From Anaerolineae bacterium (GTDB lineage Bacteria; Chloroflexota; Anaerolineae; Aggregatilineales; UBA3940): a DNA stretch of 64,000 nt. The notes below the pieces were generated by a model. It did not search any database, was not told where the DNA came from, and was given only the letters and a program-made list of their open reading frames with translations. This document shows, piece by piece, positions 19,647 through 28,387 of the stretch. The position numbers were made by a program, and so were the translations under genes. Each line of letters opens with the position of its first letter. Positions within the stretch are counted from its first letter, which is position 1. The stretch covers positions 3,492-67,491 of the forward strand of contig DAOTYF010000026.1 of NCBI GenBank assembly GCA_034434995.1, given 5' to 3'.

Positions 19647-20666
19647 ATGGATCCCGCCATCAAAGTGCTGGTCACCATGCCTTTTCAAGAAGTCCAGCTC
19701 CGTAAGCTGGCAGGCGTCTCCCCTCAGATCGCCCTCACCCAGCGTGAGGCGCGGACGATCGAGGACATCGCAGATAGCATAGCAGAAGCGCATGTGCTTT
19801 ACACCTGGCGCGTACTGCCTTACCCAGAGCAGGCCCCCAATCTGCGTTGGGTGCAGTTGCATCAGGCAGGCATAGATCAGTTCCTCGATCATCCTTTGTA
19901 TAGCGGTACCGATGTAATATTCACCACCGCCAGTGGAATCCATGCTATCAACGTGGGTGAGCATGTGTTGGGGCAGATGCTTGCCCTGGCGCATCACTTC
20001 AGAAGGATGGTAGAAGATCAGGCCAGAGGAACCTGGCCGGAGAAACGCTGGAAGCGCTATCTGCCGCGCGAGCTTTTCGGTGCTACAGTCGGGATCATTG
20101 GTTATGGCAGCATCGGAAGACAGGTGGCCCGTCTGGCCCAGGCGTTTGGTATGACTGTGCTGGCAGTCAAGCGGGATGCGCGCCACCCGGCGGAGGAAAA
20201 CAGTTACACGATTCCTGGAACCGGCGATCCTGAAGGGATCATCCCTGACCGCATCTATCCACCGGAGGCATTGCATTCCTTCCTGTCAGAATGCGATTTC
20301 GTTGTCCTGGCTGCCCCTCTGACCCAGCAAACCCGCGCTTTGCTTGATGCCAGGGCACTGCGGGCAATGAAACCAGATGCCTTTCTGATCAATGTTGCGC
20401 GCGGTGCGCTTGTTGATGAGGGAGCCTTAATTGAGGCGCTCGAGGGGCAGCAGATCGCGGGTGCAGCGTTGGATACGTTCAGTGAGGAGCCGCTGCCAGG
20501 CGACAGCCCTCTGTGGAGGTTGCCTAACACAATCATCAGCCCCCATGTATCCGGCTTTACACCGTGTTACAACGAGAGAGCTGCTGACCTGTTTGCCGAG
20601 AACCTGCGCCGGTTCGTTGCGGGGGAAACCCTAATCAACCTGGTTGATCGGAAGCGGAACTACTGA
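19647..20666 (+). CDS. D-isomer-specific 2-hydroxyacid dehydrogenase family protein
   Basis: The NAD-binding motif GIIGYGSIGRQVARLA, then NVARGALVDE and ISPHVSG, are present. ATG 19647 is preferred over TTG 19638. Confidence 0.85.
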   Translation: MDPAIKVLVTMPFQEVQLRKLAGVSPQIALTQREARTIEDIADSIAEAHVLYTWRVLPYPEQAPNLRWVQLHQAGIDQFLDHPLYSGTDVIFTTASGIHAINVGEHVLGQMLALAHHFRRMVEDQARGTWPEKRWKRYLPRELFGATVGIIGYGSIGRQVARLAQAFGMTVLAVKRDARHPAEENSYTIPGTGDPEGIIPDRIYPPEALHSFLSECDFVVLAAPLTQQTRALLDARALRAMKPDAFLINVARGALVDEGALIEALEGQQIAGAALDTFSEEPLPGDSPLWRLPNTIISPHVSGFTPCYNERAADLFAENLRRFVAGETLINLVDRKRNY

Positions 20667-21462
20667 CTGGGGAAATGAATTCCTCAATATATTGCTCAAA
20701 TTGCCCGGCGTTGCAGGCATCTACATAGCGCAGAATCTCGCCGCCTGCCAACGGGTACAGCGGGTAGCATGAGGTAGGCCAGGCTCCGTGTGGCGCATGA
20801 ACCACCATTCGCACTACCGCGCCGGAGATATGTACTGGACTGTCGAACCTCTCAACAATCTCTTCGGCGGTGATGATCACATCACGTGCACCAACTGCTA
20901 GTTCTACATCCACCACTACATTGCTGTTCAGAAGCGCGTTTCCGGCCTGATCCGCCTTGAGGGCGTGGATCACAGCCACGTCCCACTTTATCGCCGGGAA
21001 CGCCACCACCCGGTTGCCGGGCTGGTATGGATCATCAATCACCTTCACATCGGGGCGCAGGCGTGGTAAATCCGTGCCCAACCAGGCCAAGCCTGGCATA
21101 AAGCTGACGCCCGCCAGATGCGCCCGCATACCAAAGGCAAGGCTGGCTTCCGTCTCTTCCACAATCCGTATCTGCCCCTGTTGAGCTGCCTGGGTGAACA
21201 TAGGGGCCAGGCCGAACACCTCCAACCCACAGTAGCACGAGCGAAGGCGTGATACCATCCCAGCTCCAATCAGGAGGTCGGTCTCAAAACCGGCAGCAAA
21301 GGACAGTATCGTTAGAGCCTCAGGGCGTGGCAACCGGGCAATCAGTGCGCGAACGAAGGCAACCGGACGGCGATACAAAGTCATGCCGCCTAACGCCAAC
21401 GTCTCGCCGGGCTGGATCAGACTGGCTGCTTCTTCGAGAGGGACCAGCTTGTTGCTATTCAT
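20635..21462 (-). CDS. CoA-transferase subunit A (3-oxoacid/glutaconate CoA-transferase family)
   Basis: KLVPLEEAASLIQPGETLALGGMTLYRRP... is a typical subunit-A N-terminus. The start is ambiguous between ATG 21462 and GTG 21510. The 3' end overlaps the convergent dehydrogenase ORF by 32 nt. Confidence 0.7.
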   Translation of the reverse strand: MNSNKLVPLEEAASLIQPGETLALGGMTLYRRPVAFVRALIARLPRPEALTILSFAAGFETDLLIGAGMVSRLRSCYCGLEVFGLAPMFTQAAQQGQIRIVEETEASLAFGMRAHLAGVSFMPGLAWLGTDLPRLRPDVKVIDDPYQPGNRVVAFPAIKWDVAVIHALKADQAGNALLNSNVVVDVELAVGARDVIITAEEIVERFDSPVHISGAVVRMVVHAPHGAWPTSCYPLYPLAGGEILRYVDACNAGQFEQYIEEFISPVSSSASDQPG

Positions 21463-21733
21463 CGCCGATGGCTGCCCGTGCAAATCGCCTTCCAAGTTCC
21501 CACGGTTCACAGTTAGCTACACCGACGCCGGATCAGATTGATGACTCGCCGTGTTGGCAGCCTATATAGCAGAATAACGGGCAATTGCAAAGGGAGCAAC
21601 GTGATTCAGACCACCTTATATCCTTTTACAAATGCGCCTCGGCCAACGCAATTTCCTAATATGCTGTAAGATGTTACTAAGCACTGTTATTGGCTTGTTT
21701 ATCCGGTGAGAGTCTCGCCGAGGAGTGCGAATC

Positions 21734-22507
21734 ATGAAGCGAACTACGTTTCTCGGAATGACCGTGGCAGTCCTGATGCTGGGCGCGACAGCGATAGCTG
21801 GTCCGCGTGTGCTCAACGATCAGGCTGCCCGCGCAGGCTGCCCATTCCCGTATGTTGTTGGTTTTGGTGATACCTTGTCTGCCATCGGGCTTCGCTATGG
21901 GGTGTGGTGGACGGATATTGCGGTTACCAACAATCTCACCAATCCCAATCTGATCTATCCCGGCCAGGTATTGACCATCCCATGCCCGGTGGGGCAGACA
22001 AGCTTTGGGGTTGGGCAGGTTTCAACCACGGTGGCGATACCGACGCCTACCCCTGCTTCTTCCTTGCCTGCGGCGGCAACGCCTGGCACACCGCCCGGTT
22101 GCTACATTGGCGATGGGAATGCATGTTACGGCCCCGGCGAGAGTTGCTCCACCACCCAGGACTGGATTCGTGGCAAGGAAACATGCATAGCACTTGGCCT
22201 GGGCACTAACGAGTCGACAGCCGACCTTCAAACCCAGTTACCTGTTGTGTTTGGTGGCAGCGAGCTGTTGATCAATGGCCACATGCGTGGTGGTTATGAG
22301 AGTGATGGTGGCCATGTGTGTGGTATTGTGGTCCTTCGCCGTGGTGAGCCAACGATCATCGGTGCTCAGGCATCGGCCTCGGCGCGCGAGATCGGCGAAG
22401 CTGAGGCCATTGATGCTGTCAAAGAGGCGCTCAGACAGATGGGGGTCGATTGCGGGGGTGGCTACGAGCGAAGCATCTATGATAACTTTCTCGGCAGGCG
22501 ACAGTGA
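21734..22507 (+). CDS. secreted LysM domain-containing protein
   Basis: A signal peptide (MKRTTFLGMTVAVLMLGATAIAG) is followed by a LysM motif (YVVGFGDTLSAIGLRYGVWWTDIAVTNNLTNPNLIYPGQVLTIP). GAGGAG lies 8 nt upstream of ATG 21734. Confidence 0.8.
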   Translation: MKRTTFLGMTVAVLMLGATAIAGPRVLNDQAARAGCPFPYVVGFGDTLSAIGLRYGVWWTDIAVTNNLTNPNLIYPGQVLTIPCPVGQTSFGVGQVSTTVAIPTPTPASSLPAAATPGTPPGCYIGDGNACYGPGESCSTTQDWIRGKETCIALGLGTNESTADLQTQLPVVFGGSELLINGHMRGGYESDGGHVCGIVVLRRGEPTIIGAQASASAREIGEAEAIDAVKEALRQMGVDCGGGYERSIYDNFLGRRQ

Positions 22508-22532
22508 TCACCGGGACATCCTCAGCCTCTGG

Positions 22533-22566
22533 GCGAGCGGCAGTTTGGAACGCCGCTCGCTTTATT
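22533..22566 (+). terminator. Rho-independent terminator after the LysM gene
   Basis: GCGAGCGGC-agtttggaac-GCCGCTCGC forms a perfect 9-bp stem and is followed by TTTATT. Confidence 0.7.
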
Positions 22567-22626
22567 AATCTGTGGCCCTTCCCTGGTCGACGCTTCTGCT
22601 ACCTGGGCCTGGGTGAGGCGCTCTAT

Positions 22627-25275
22627 TCAATCTTGGCTTGCGTTCAACGGGTGTGCGGCGATCAGCGCCAGCAGAGAGCTGATATGATAAAGGTTGGCCA
22701 GTGTCCCTGCCTGCTCAAAATTCCGCCGCGCCTCGTCAACCTGTCCGGCCCTCCAGCGCAGGTCGGCCAGGTTGTACCACGTGTGAGCCATTCCCACCCA
22801 GTCGCCGAGGTCGTTTTGCAGCTTGAGGGCCACCTGCCACGTTTCAAGGGCCTCCTGAGGGCGGTTGCTGTCAGCAAACACTGTGCCAAGATTGGTCAGC
22901 AGCCGGGCTTGCCCTGGTGCGTCGCCTAGCTGACGCATCACCGCTAGCGCTCTGTTAAGGGAGTCCAGTGCCTCTTCGTTATGCCCAGCGGCATGATAGG
23001 CGATTCCAAGATTCAGGAGTGTGCGGGCCTGCCGGGGCAGGTCGCCCTCTTCCCCAAACTGGTTTAGCGCTCTCAGGTGGAGATCGACTGCTTGACCAAT
23101 ATCCCCCAGCTCCAGCCGAGCGATCCCCATCAGGCTGAGAGTCTGACCATCGGTCGAGCCTTCTTTCTGCATCTCAGATGCTTGCTCTAGCAGATCGAGA
23201 GCTGCGTTGGCGTGCCCACTATGCAATGCCAGACTTGCTAATCCGTGCAAGGCCCGGAGACGAACCTCTGGTAGCCGCCAGCGCGCCGCAGCGGCGGCTG
23301 CGCGTTGATAGGCCTCATAAGCGGGTTCGGTCAGTCCGTGAAACTGGTAGAGCTGCCCCAGTTCCACCAGTGCCTCCGCCTGAGTCTGGAAGTCTCCCTG
23401 CTCACCAGATAGAGCGACAGCTTCCTTAAAGGCTGCGACAGCAGCTTCCTGCTCACCGAGCCAGCGATTGGCGATGCCCAGCTCAATCAGGAGACGTGCT
23501 CGTAGCGCAGGGCGCTTCCCAACCGCCTTGGTGTGTGTTGTGGCCGTGATTGCCCTTAACACAGACTGCCACAGCCGCCACTGTCCACAGCGGCGTACGC
23601 TTGGAGCAATCCGGATGGCGATCTCCGCTAAGCGATCCACCCTCTCGTGCGCTTCAAGCTGATAATGCAGCAGGCCCAGTACGTGGGCTGCCTCGTCCGG
23701 TGGGGGTACAGACGACTCTTCAGCCTTAACCGGCCTGACCCTCGCCTTGACAGCGCGAGACAACAACGTTCGTATGCGCTCGTTCCAGGGAGCCTGGGTG
23801 GCTATTGCGCTGGCAAAATGTCTGTTAAGGGGTTGCATAGAGTAGCGTGGCGCGCTGCCATCTACGTCCACCAATGAGGCGGTTACTAGTTCGTGCAGTG
23901 CACGGTCGAGTGTATCGGCAGGCAGCTCGACAGCCACATGGAGGTCATGCCACAAGACTCCTTCTGGGAACAAGCTGATTGCTAAAGCGACATGCTGAGC
24001 TTCCTCACTCAGCGCATCCCAGGCTGGCTTAAACAGCACATCGAACAGCCCCTCGCTGGGTGTGGCGGGCAGCCCGGCGAGGTTGGCCAGCACTCGCTCC
24101 AGCGGCAGTGAGGCTAACTGACCGATCACCAGCCGCCCGGCCAGCGGATTTCCACCAATCGCTTGATAGATTGCCTCGAATTGACGATCTACTATCGAAA
24201 CAGGTGGTTTGTGGCGCAGACGGGCTGTCTCTCGCAACAATGCCTGCATATCCTCGCGCGGCAGCGGCTCAACCTGGATCAGATGCATCGGGAGCTCCGC
24301 TGGGGGCAGTTGGCGCATTCCCACTACCAAGTGAGTTGGTTCAGACAGCGTGCTGAGACGGGACAGCACAAGCTCGACCTCCATCAACCAATCGGCTTGG
24401 TCGACCACGATCAGAGCTGGCCTTGCCTGAAGACGCATGCGCAGGCTGGCCTCAAGTTCGGTAGAACTTTGCGCAACTGGATGGCTGAATGTCCTGAGAC
24501 GATGATCCAGCGCTTCCAGCAGGTCGTCCAGGGATGTCCGTGCTCCAAGCGTCACCCATGCCAGGTCAGGTACTTGATCGGCTTGGATCAGCCGTTGCAG
24601 CGCTGCGTGGATGAGCGCTGTCTTGCCAATCCCCCCCACTCCGACTACCCCAATCGTATAGGGAGCCTGGGGCGCAGTGAGGAGCTGGCAGAGCTGATCA
24701 AGTTGCTTCTGCCGCCCGAAGAGCGTCGAATAATGGGCCGGTGGCAGTTTCATACGCAGCCAAGCGCGCCAGTTACCCGCTCGCGCTTGAGCTTCGAAGT
24801 GGCTGAGCTGCTCCGTCAACCGCCGATAGCCGTGCGCCAGTCGTCGCTGGATGTGCCGGGGCCAGACATTCAGGATATGGGCAAGAGTCTGCACGTGCAG
24901 ATCAAGATCGAGCCGAACATAGCGGTAGTATAAAACGCTCCATGCTTCAAGTTCGGTGTTGGAGCGCGCAAAGTCCCGACGAAGGTCTTCTAGAGCTGCC
25001 TCCCGATTCGTCCGGGTCAGGTTGGCTAGCCCTTCAACAGCCCGAAGGTGCGCTAGATTCTGCTCGATGATCCCTGTCAGCGCTGCCCAAAGCGCTACTT
25101 CCAGCCCAGCATGTGATGCGACTGGCGCACTGGTATCGATCTGCTGCTGAATCCACACCAGTGAGCGCAATTGGCTTTCGCCCAGGGGCTCTGCCCGCCG
25201 CAATCGTTCCAGTGCATAGCGGACGGAATCCTCGTCAAAAAGTGGAAGGGTGGGGCGCTCAGATACGACCTTCAT
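22627..25275 (-). CDS. STAND-type NTPase (NB-ARC/AAA-like P-loop) with an N-terminal sigma-70 region-4-like HTH and C-terminal TPR repeats
   Basis: 882 aa. The P-loop is IGVVGVGGIGKTAL. The upstream segment ELEAWSVLYYRYVRLDLDLHVQTLAHILNVWPRHIQRRLAHGYRRLTEQL resembles ECF-sigma region 4. The C-terminal ~350 aa consists of repeated TPR-like units (A..Y..A...G). Confidence 0.8.
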   Translation of the reverse strand: MKVVSERPTLPLFDEDSVRYALERLRRAEPLGESQLRSLVWIQQQIDTSAPVASHAGLEVALWAALTGIIEQNLAHLRAVEGLANLTRTNREAALEDLRRDFARSNTELEAWSVLYYRYVRLDLDLHVQTLAHILNVWPRHIQRRLAHGYRRLTEQLSHFEAQARAGNWRAWLRMKLPPAHYSTLFGRQKQLDQLCQLLTAPQAPYTIGVVGVGGIGKTALIHAALQRLIQADQVPDLAWVTLGARTSLDDLLEALDHRLRTFSHPVAQSSTELEASLRMRLQARPALIVVDQADWLMEVELVLSRLSTLSEPTHLVVGMRQLPPAELPMHLIQVEPLPREDMQALLRETARLRHKPPVSIVDRQFEAIYQAIGGNPLAGRLVIGQLASLPLERVLANLAGLPATPSEGLFDVLFKPAWDALSEEAQHVALAISLFPEGVLWHDLHVAVELPADTLDRALHELVTASLVDVDGSAPRYSMQPLNRHFASAIATQAPWNERIRTLLSRAVKARVRPVKAEESSVPPPDEAAHVLGLLHYQLEAHERVDRLAEIAIRIAPSVRRCGQWRLWQSVLRAITATTHTKAVGKRPALRARLLIELGIANRWLGEQEAAVAAFKEAVALSGEQGDFQTQAEALVELGQLYQFHGLTEPAYEAYQRAAAAAARWRLPEVRLRALHGLASLALHSGHANAALDLLEQASEMQKEGSTDGQTLSLMGIARLELGDIGQAVDLHLRALNQFGEEGDLPRQARTLLNLGIAYHAAGHNEEALDSLNRALAVMRQLGDAPGQARLLTNLGTVFADSNRPQEALETWQVALKLQNDLGDWVGMAHTWYNLADLRWRAGQVDEARRNFEQAGTLANLYHISSLLALIAAHPLNASQD

Positions 25276-26215
25276 CAGAGGGTGTTGTCGCCGTCAACTG
25301 TTGCCGGACCCGATCCCAGCTTGGCCGAAGATGCGGCCAAATGAGGATGACCAGTAGCGAGAGCGGGAGGGTCCAAGCAAACCGTACACTTGAGTTACCC
25401 AACATGGGGTAGGCCAGTACCCATGCATACGAGGCTGGTATGACCCACCAAGGTGCAAGAAAGACCAGAAATACCCCATATGAGTAGACCCCGAACCAGG
25501 GAAAAGATAGAGCCGAGGCCAATAAAGTAGCTACCACCTTCTCACGCAGATTCCGCACGACGAAGATAGCCCCAAATGCAACCAATCCATAAGGAAAAAG
25601 GGCTGCAGTCCCCCACACAGGCAGTGGGGCCAGAGGGTCGCGCTGACCGAACCAGCGTAGCGGCCAGTCGGCGCCCCACACCATGGCAGTGAGCAGGGCA
25701 ACCCCGCCTGGGACGATCAGTGTTTTCCAACGCTCGCGGTCGTGGATCAGCAACAGGAGGATCGCAACCCCAGTGACATGAGGTTTGATTGAGGCCAGCA
25801 CTAACCCAGCCCCACGCACAAAGGGGCTGGGTGAGAGTAGCCCCAAAGTCAGCCCAATGGCGATCAGCACCTCGACCTGACCCAGCCAGACTAGCCCCAT
25901 TGTCGGGAAAGCCAAGAGCACCGGGATCGGGTTGACATTCATTTGATCGCAGACCCACCATAGCCCGACCAGCGTGAGGAAGACCCACACGGGCCACAGT
26001 AGCCGGAGCGGGATCAGCGTGATCGGAAACAGGATCCAACTTGCGTGCCAGGGGTTGAACCCGCAATCCAGGCAACCCTGCGCGAAGGGCAGGTAGAAAC
26101 GGTACAGATCATCCCCCCCTGGTAAGAAGAATGCCGCGACAGTGGCAATCCCAATGATCTCGACCGTGACTACCGTCTTCAGCGGAATTCTCTTTACCTG
26201 TACCAACCACCTCAT
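25259..26215 (-). CDS. polytopic membrane protein, possibly a GT-C-fold glycosyltransferase (DUF2029/GT87-like)
   Basis: 318 aa with about 9 TM helices. An acidic GGDDLY motif sits in the first loop, and LASIKPHV is present. The 3' end overlaps the STAND gene start by 17 nt. The family call is weak. Confidence 0.55.
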   Translation of the reverse strand: MRWLVQVKRIPLKTVVTVEIIGIATVAAFFLPGGDDLYRFYLPFAQGCLDCGFNPWHASWILFPITLIPLRLLWPVWVFLTLVGLWWVCDQMNVNPIPVLLAFPTMGLVWLGQVEVLIAIGLTLGLLSPSPFVRGAGLVLASIKPHVTGVAILLLLIHDRERWKTLIVPGGVALLTAMVWGADWPLRWFGQRDPLAPLPVWGTAALFPYGLVAFGAIFVVRNLREKVVATLLASALSFPWFGVYSYGVFLVFLAPWWVIPASYAWVLAYPMLGNSSVRFAWTLPLSLLVILIWPHLRPSWDRVRQQLTATTPSDEGRI

Positions 26216-26303
26216 CGCTCTGTTTCTTCGCCCTTTTCTGTCATCCGGAGTCAGATGGAAGCAATGCCCTGCAGGGAGACCTACCGGCTTCTAACCTTCT
26301 CGA

Positions 26304-26332
26304 TTGCCATCCCATTTTCCTCGGTGTATCCT
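26304..26332 (+). promoter_or_regulatory. promoter candidate for the deoxynucleoside kinase operon
   Basis: TTGCCA (26304-26309), a 17-nt spacer, then TATCCT (26327-26332). This leaves a leader of about 120 nt. Confidence 0.3.
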
Positions 26333-26454
26333 ACGCGCTGCTCACGGGTGTGACCCCGGAGAAAGCCTCACTAGCCCGCCGTGCGGGGCCTGTTGGAACC
26401 CCAGATACAGTGTTCGGATGCGGGCGGCGTTCGCCCGGCAGTGCTCTAACGTGG

Positions 26455-27540
26455 ATGAAGATGGCCCGTCACCCCTATATCGCCATTGAGGGTGTCATCG
26501 GCGTGGGTAAGACCACGCTTGCTCGGCTCCTAGCGCCCGAACTGGGCGGCCAAGTCCTACTAGAGGAGTTCGAGGAGAATCCCTTCCTCTCCGACTTCTA
26601 CGCCGACCGCAGCCGCTATGCCTTTCAGACCCAGATTTTCTTTCTACTGAGTCGTTACCGCCAGCAGAGTTCAACTATCTCGACTGCGCTACGCCGCGGG
26701 CCTGTTGTCTCGGATTACACCTTTGCCAAAGACAGCCTATTTGCCCATCTAAACCTGCATGGCGACGAATTGGCGATGTACAAGCGTGTCTACGTAGCGC
26801 TTGGCGAGAAGATACGCCGCCCCGACCTGCTGGTGTTTCTGCGTGCTGATCTCGATGTGCTAATGGGACGTATCGCTGCCCGCGACCGTCCATATGAACG
26901 TAACATGGATCGGAATTATATCGAAGAACTGCGTGTTGCCTATGAACAGTTTATTGCTACCTACAACGACGGTCCATTGCTGACCATCGATACGAACCAC
27001 CTGAACATCGTGCATAATCCGGCAGACCTGGCCTCAGTCGTTGAGCGAGTCAAGAGCAGCCTAGCGCTGGGAACATACCAGACGCGGCTTCCCGGCGTTG
27101 AAGAAGCGGTGATCCCGGAACCGGAGGCCATTCTGGAGGAGCTGGAGGCCGGGCCTCACCGCCTGACCGATTTTCAGAAGTTCCACCTCTCACTTGATGC
27201 TGAAAAAGGCTTCGATCCCGACCCTTACCTCAACTTCATTGCTCTAGGCGAGGAGGTGGGTGAGCTGGCTCAAGTGCTCAAGCAGATGTGGATTCGCCAG
27301 GCCAAGCTAACTCAGAGCGGGCTTCCGGTTGAGCAGGCTCAACGTGCTGCTCTCGACCAGCAGCGGATGGCCATCCAGGATGAGCTTGCCGACTGCTTGG
27401 CCTACTTGCTCAAGCTAAGTAACTATGCAGGCATCGATCTGGAAGCAGCATATCTGGAAAAGATGCAGATTAACTCTCAGCGTCGCTGGGAGGATGGCCA
27501 TGTGGTAGACGACACACCCATCACAAGGGAGACGGAATGA
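26455..27540 (+). CDS. deoxynucleoside kinase fused to a C-terminal MazG-like all-alpha NTP pyrophosphohydrolase domain
   Basis: The N-terminal dNK part has P-loop IAIEGVIGVGKTTLARLL, FEENPFLSDFYADRSRYAFQTQIFFL and the LID RIAARDRPYE. The C-terminal ~130 aa carries MazG/dCTPase-like metal motifs LGEEVGELAQ and IQDELADCLAYLLKL. ATG 26455 is preferred over GTG 26350. Confidence 0.8.
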   Translation: MKMARHPYIAIEGVIGVGKTTLARLLAPELGGQVLLEEFEENPFLSDFYADRSRYAFQTQIFFLLSRYRQQSSTISTALRRGPVVSDYTFAKDSLFAHLNLHGDELAMYKRVYVALGEKIRRPDLLVFLRADLDVLMGRIAARDRPYERNMDRNYIEELRVAYEQFIATYNDGPLLTIDTNHLNIVHNPADLASVVERVKSSLALGTYQTRLPGVEEAVIPEPEAILEELEAGPHRLTDFQKFHLSLDAEKGFDPDPYLNFIALGEEVGELAQVLKQMWIRQAKLTQSGLPVEQAQRAALDQQRMAIQDELADCLAYLLKLSNYAGIDLEAAYLEKMQINSQRRWEDGHVVDDTPITRETE

Positions 27541-28214
27541 CAGTGGGCAAGAAGTTCGTGGCGGTGGCCGGCAACGTCGGGGTCGGTAAGAGCACCCTGA
27601 CTGGGTTGTTGGCAGAGCGACTCAACTGGGAAGCGTTCTATGAGGCTGTGGATGACAATCCTTACCTGGCCGATTTTTACCGCGACATGAAGTCCTGGAG
27701 TTTTCATTCGCAGATTTACTTCTTGACGCGCCGTCTACGGCATCATCGTCAGCTCATGGGGCGCCCCCACTCCGTCATCCAGGATCGCAGTGTTTACGAA
27801 GATGCCGAGATATTCGCCCGCAACCTCTACCAGCAGGGCAATATGTCTGAGCGGGACTGGGCCAGCTACCAAGAGCTATATACAGTGCTCACTGAATTCC
27901 TACCTGCCCCGGATATGGTCATTTATCTGCGCGCCTCTGTCAACACGTTGCTGGCGCGCATCCGCAAGCGCGGGCGCGAGTTCGAGCAAGACATCGATCC
28001 GCACTATCTCCATCGTCTCAATTTGTTGTACGAGGATTGGATCAGTCGCTTTGCCCTTAGCCCGGTGCTGATTATACCCGCTGACGATATCGACTTCGTG
28101 GCACATCCCGCCCATCTTGATCTGATCCAGTCCAAGATACTGGAGAAGCTGGAGGGCAAAGAAGAAGTCTTTTTTCTAGCCGACGAGATCGCCCGCGCCC
28201 GCGAGGCTGCTTAG
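27537..28214 (+). CDS. deoxynucleoside kinase (dAK/dGK/dCK family)
   Basis: 225 aa. P-loop VAVAGNVGVGKSTL, YEAVDDNPYLADFYRDMKSWSFHSQIYFL, QDRSVYED and the LID RIRKRGREFE are present. The start overlaps the previous stop in ATGA. Confidence 0.85.
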   Translation: MTVGKKFVAVAGNVGVGKSTLTGLLAERLNWEAFYEAVDDNPYLADFYRDMKSWSFHSQIYFLTRRLRHHRQLMGRPHSVIQDRSVYEDAEIFARNLYQQGNMSERDWASYQELYTVLTEFLPAPDMVIYLRASVNTLLARIRKRGREFEQDIDPHYLHRLNLLYEDWISRFALSPVLIIPADDIDFVAHPAHLDLIQSKILEKLEGKEEVFFLADEIARAREAA

Positions 28215-28247
28215 TGCGGCCATTCTGTACAAACTACCTATGGTGGG

Positions 28248-28281
28248 AAAGAGCGGGGTTCATACCTCGCTCCGCTTTTTT
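28248..28281 (+). terminator. candidate Rho-independent terminator after the dNK operon
   Basis: AAAGAGCGG ... CCGCTTTTT can pair, or alternatively GAGCG/CGCTC. The structure ends in a T6 run (28276-28281). Confidence 0.45.
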
Positions 28282-28387
28282 GTGTCTCATCATTGAAAGC
28301 TGGGCTAAGGATGCAGGAATCAACGTTGGACACTACTGGGAGGCAAGGCTATACTGCACCGTGGCAACACGACCAGGAGGTAAAAGT

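Noticed and set aside
26350-26454. N-terminal 35-codon extension of the dNK-MazG gene from GTG 26350
   Set aside because: The extension (MTPEKASLARRAGPVGTPDTVFGCGRRSPGSALTW) is Arg/Gly/Pro-rich and lies in the predicted leader. dNK proteins normally start a few residues before the P-loop, which favours ATG 26455/26461.
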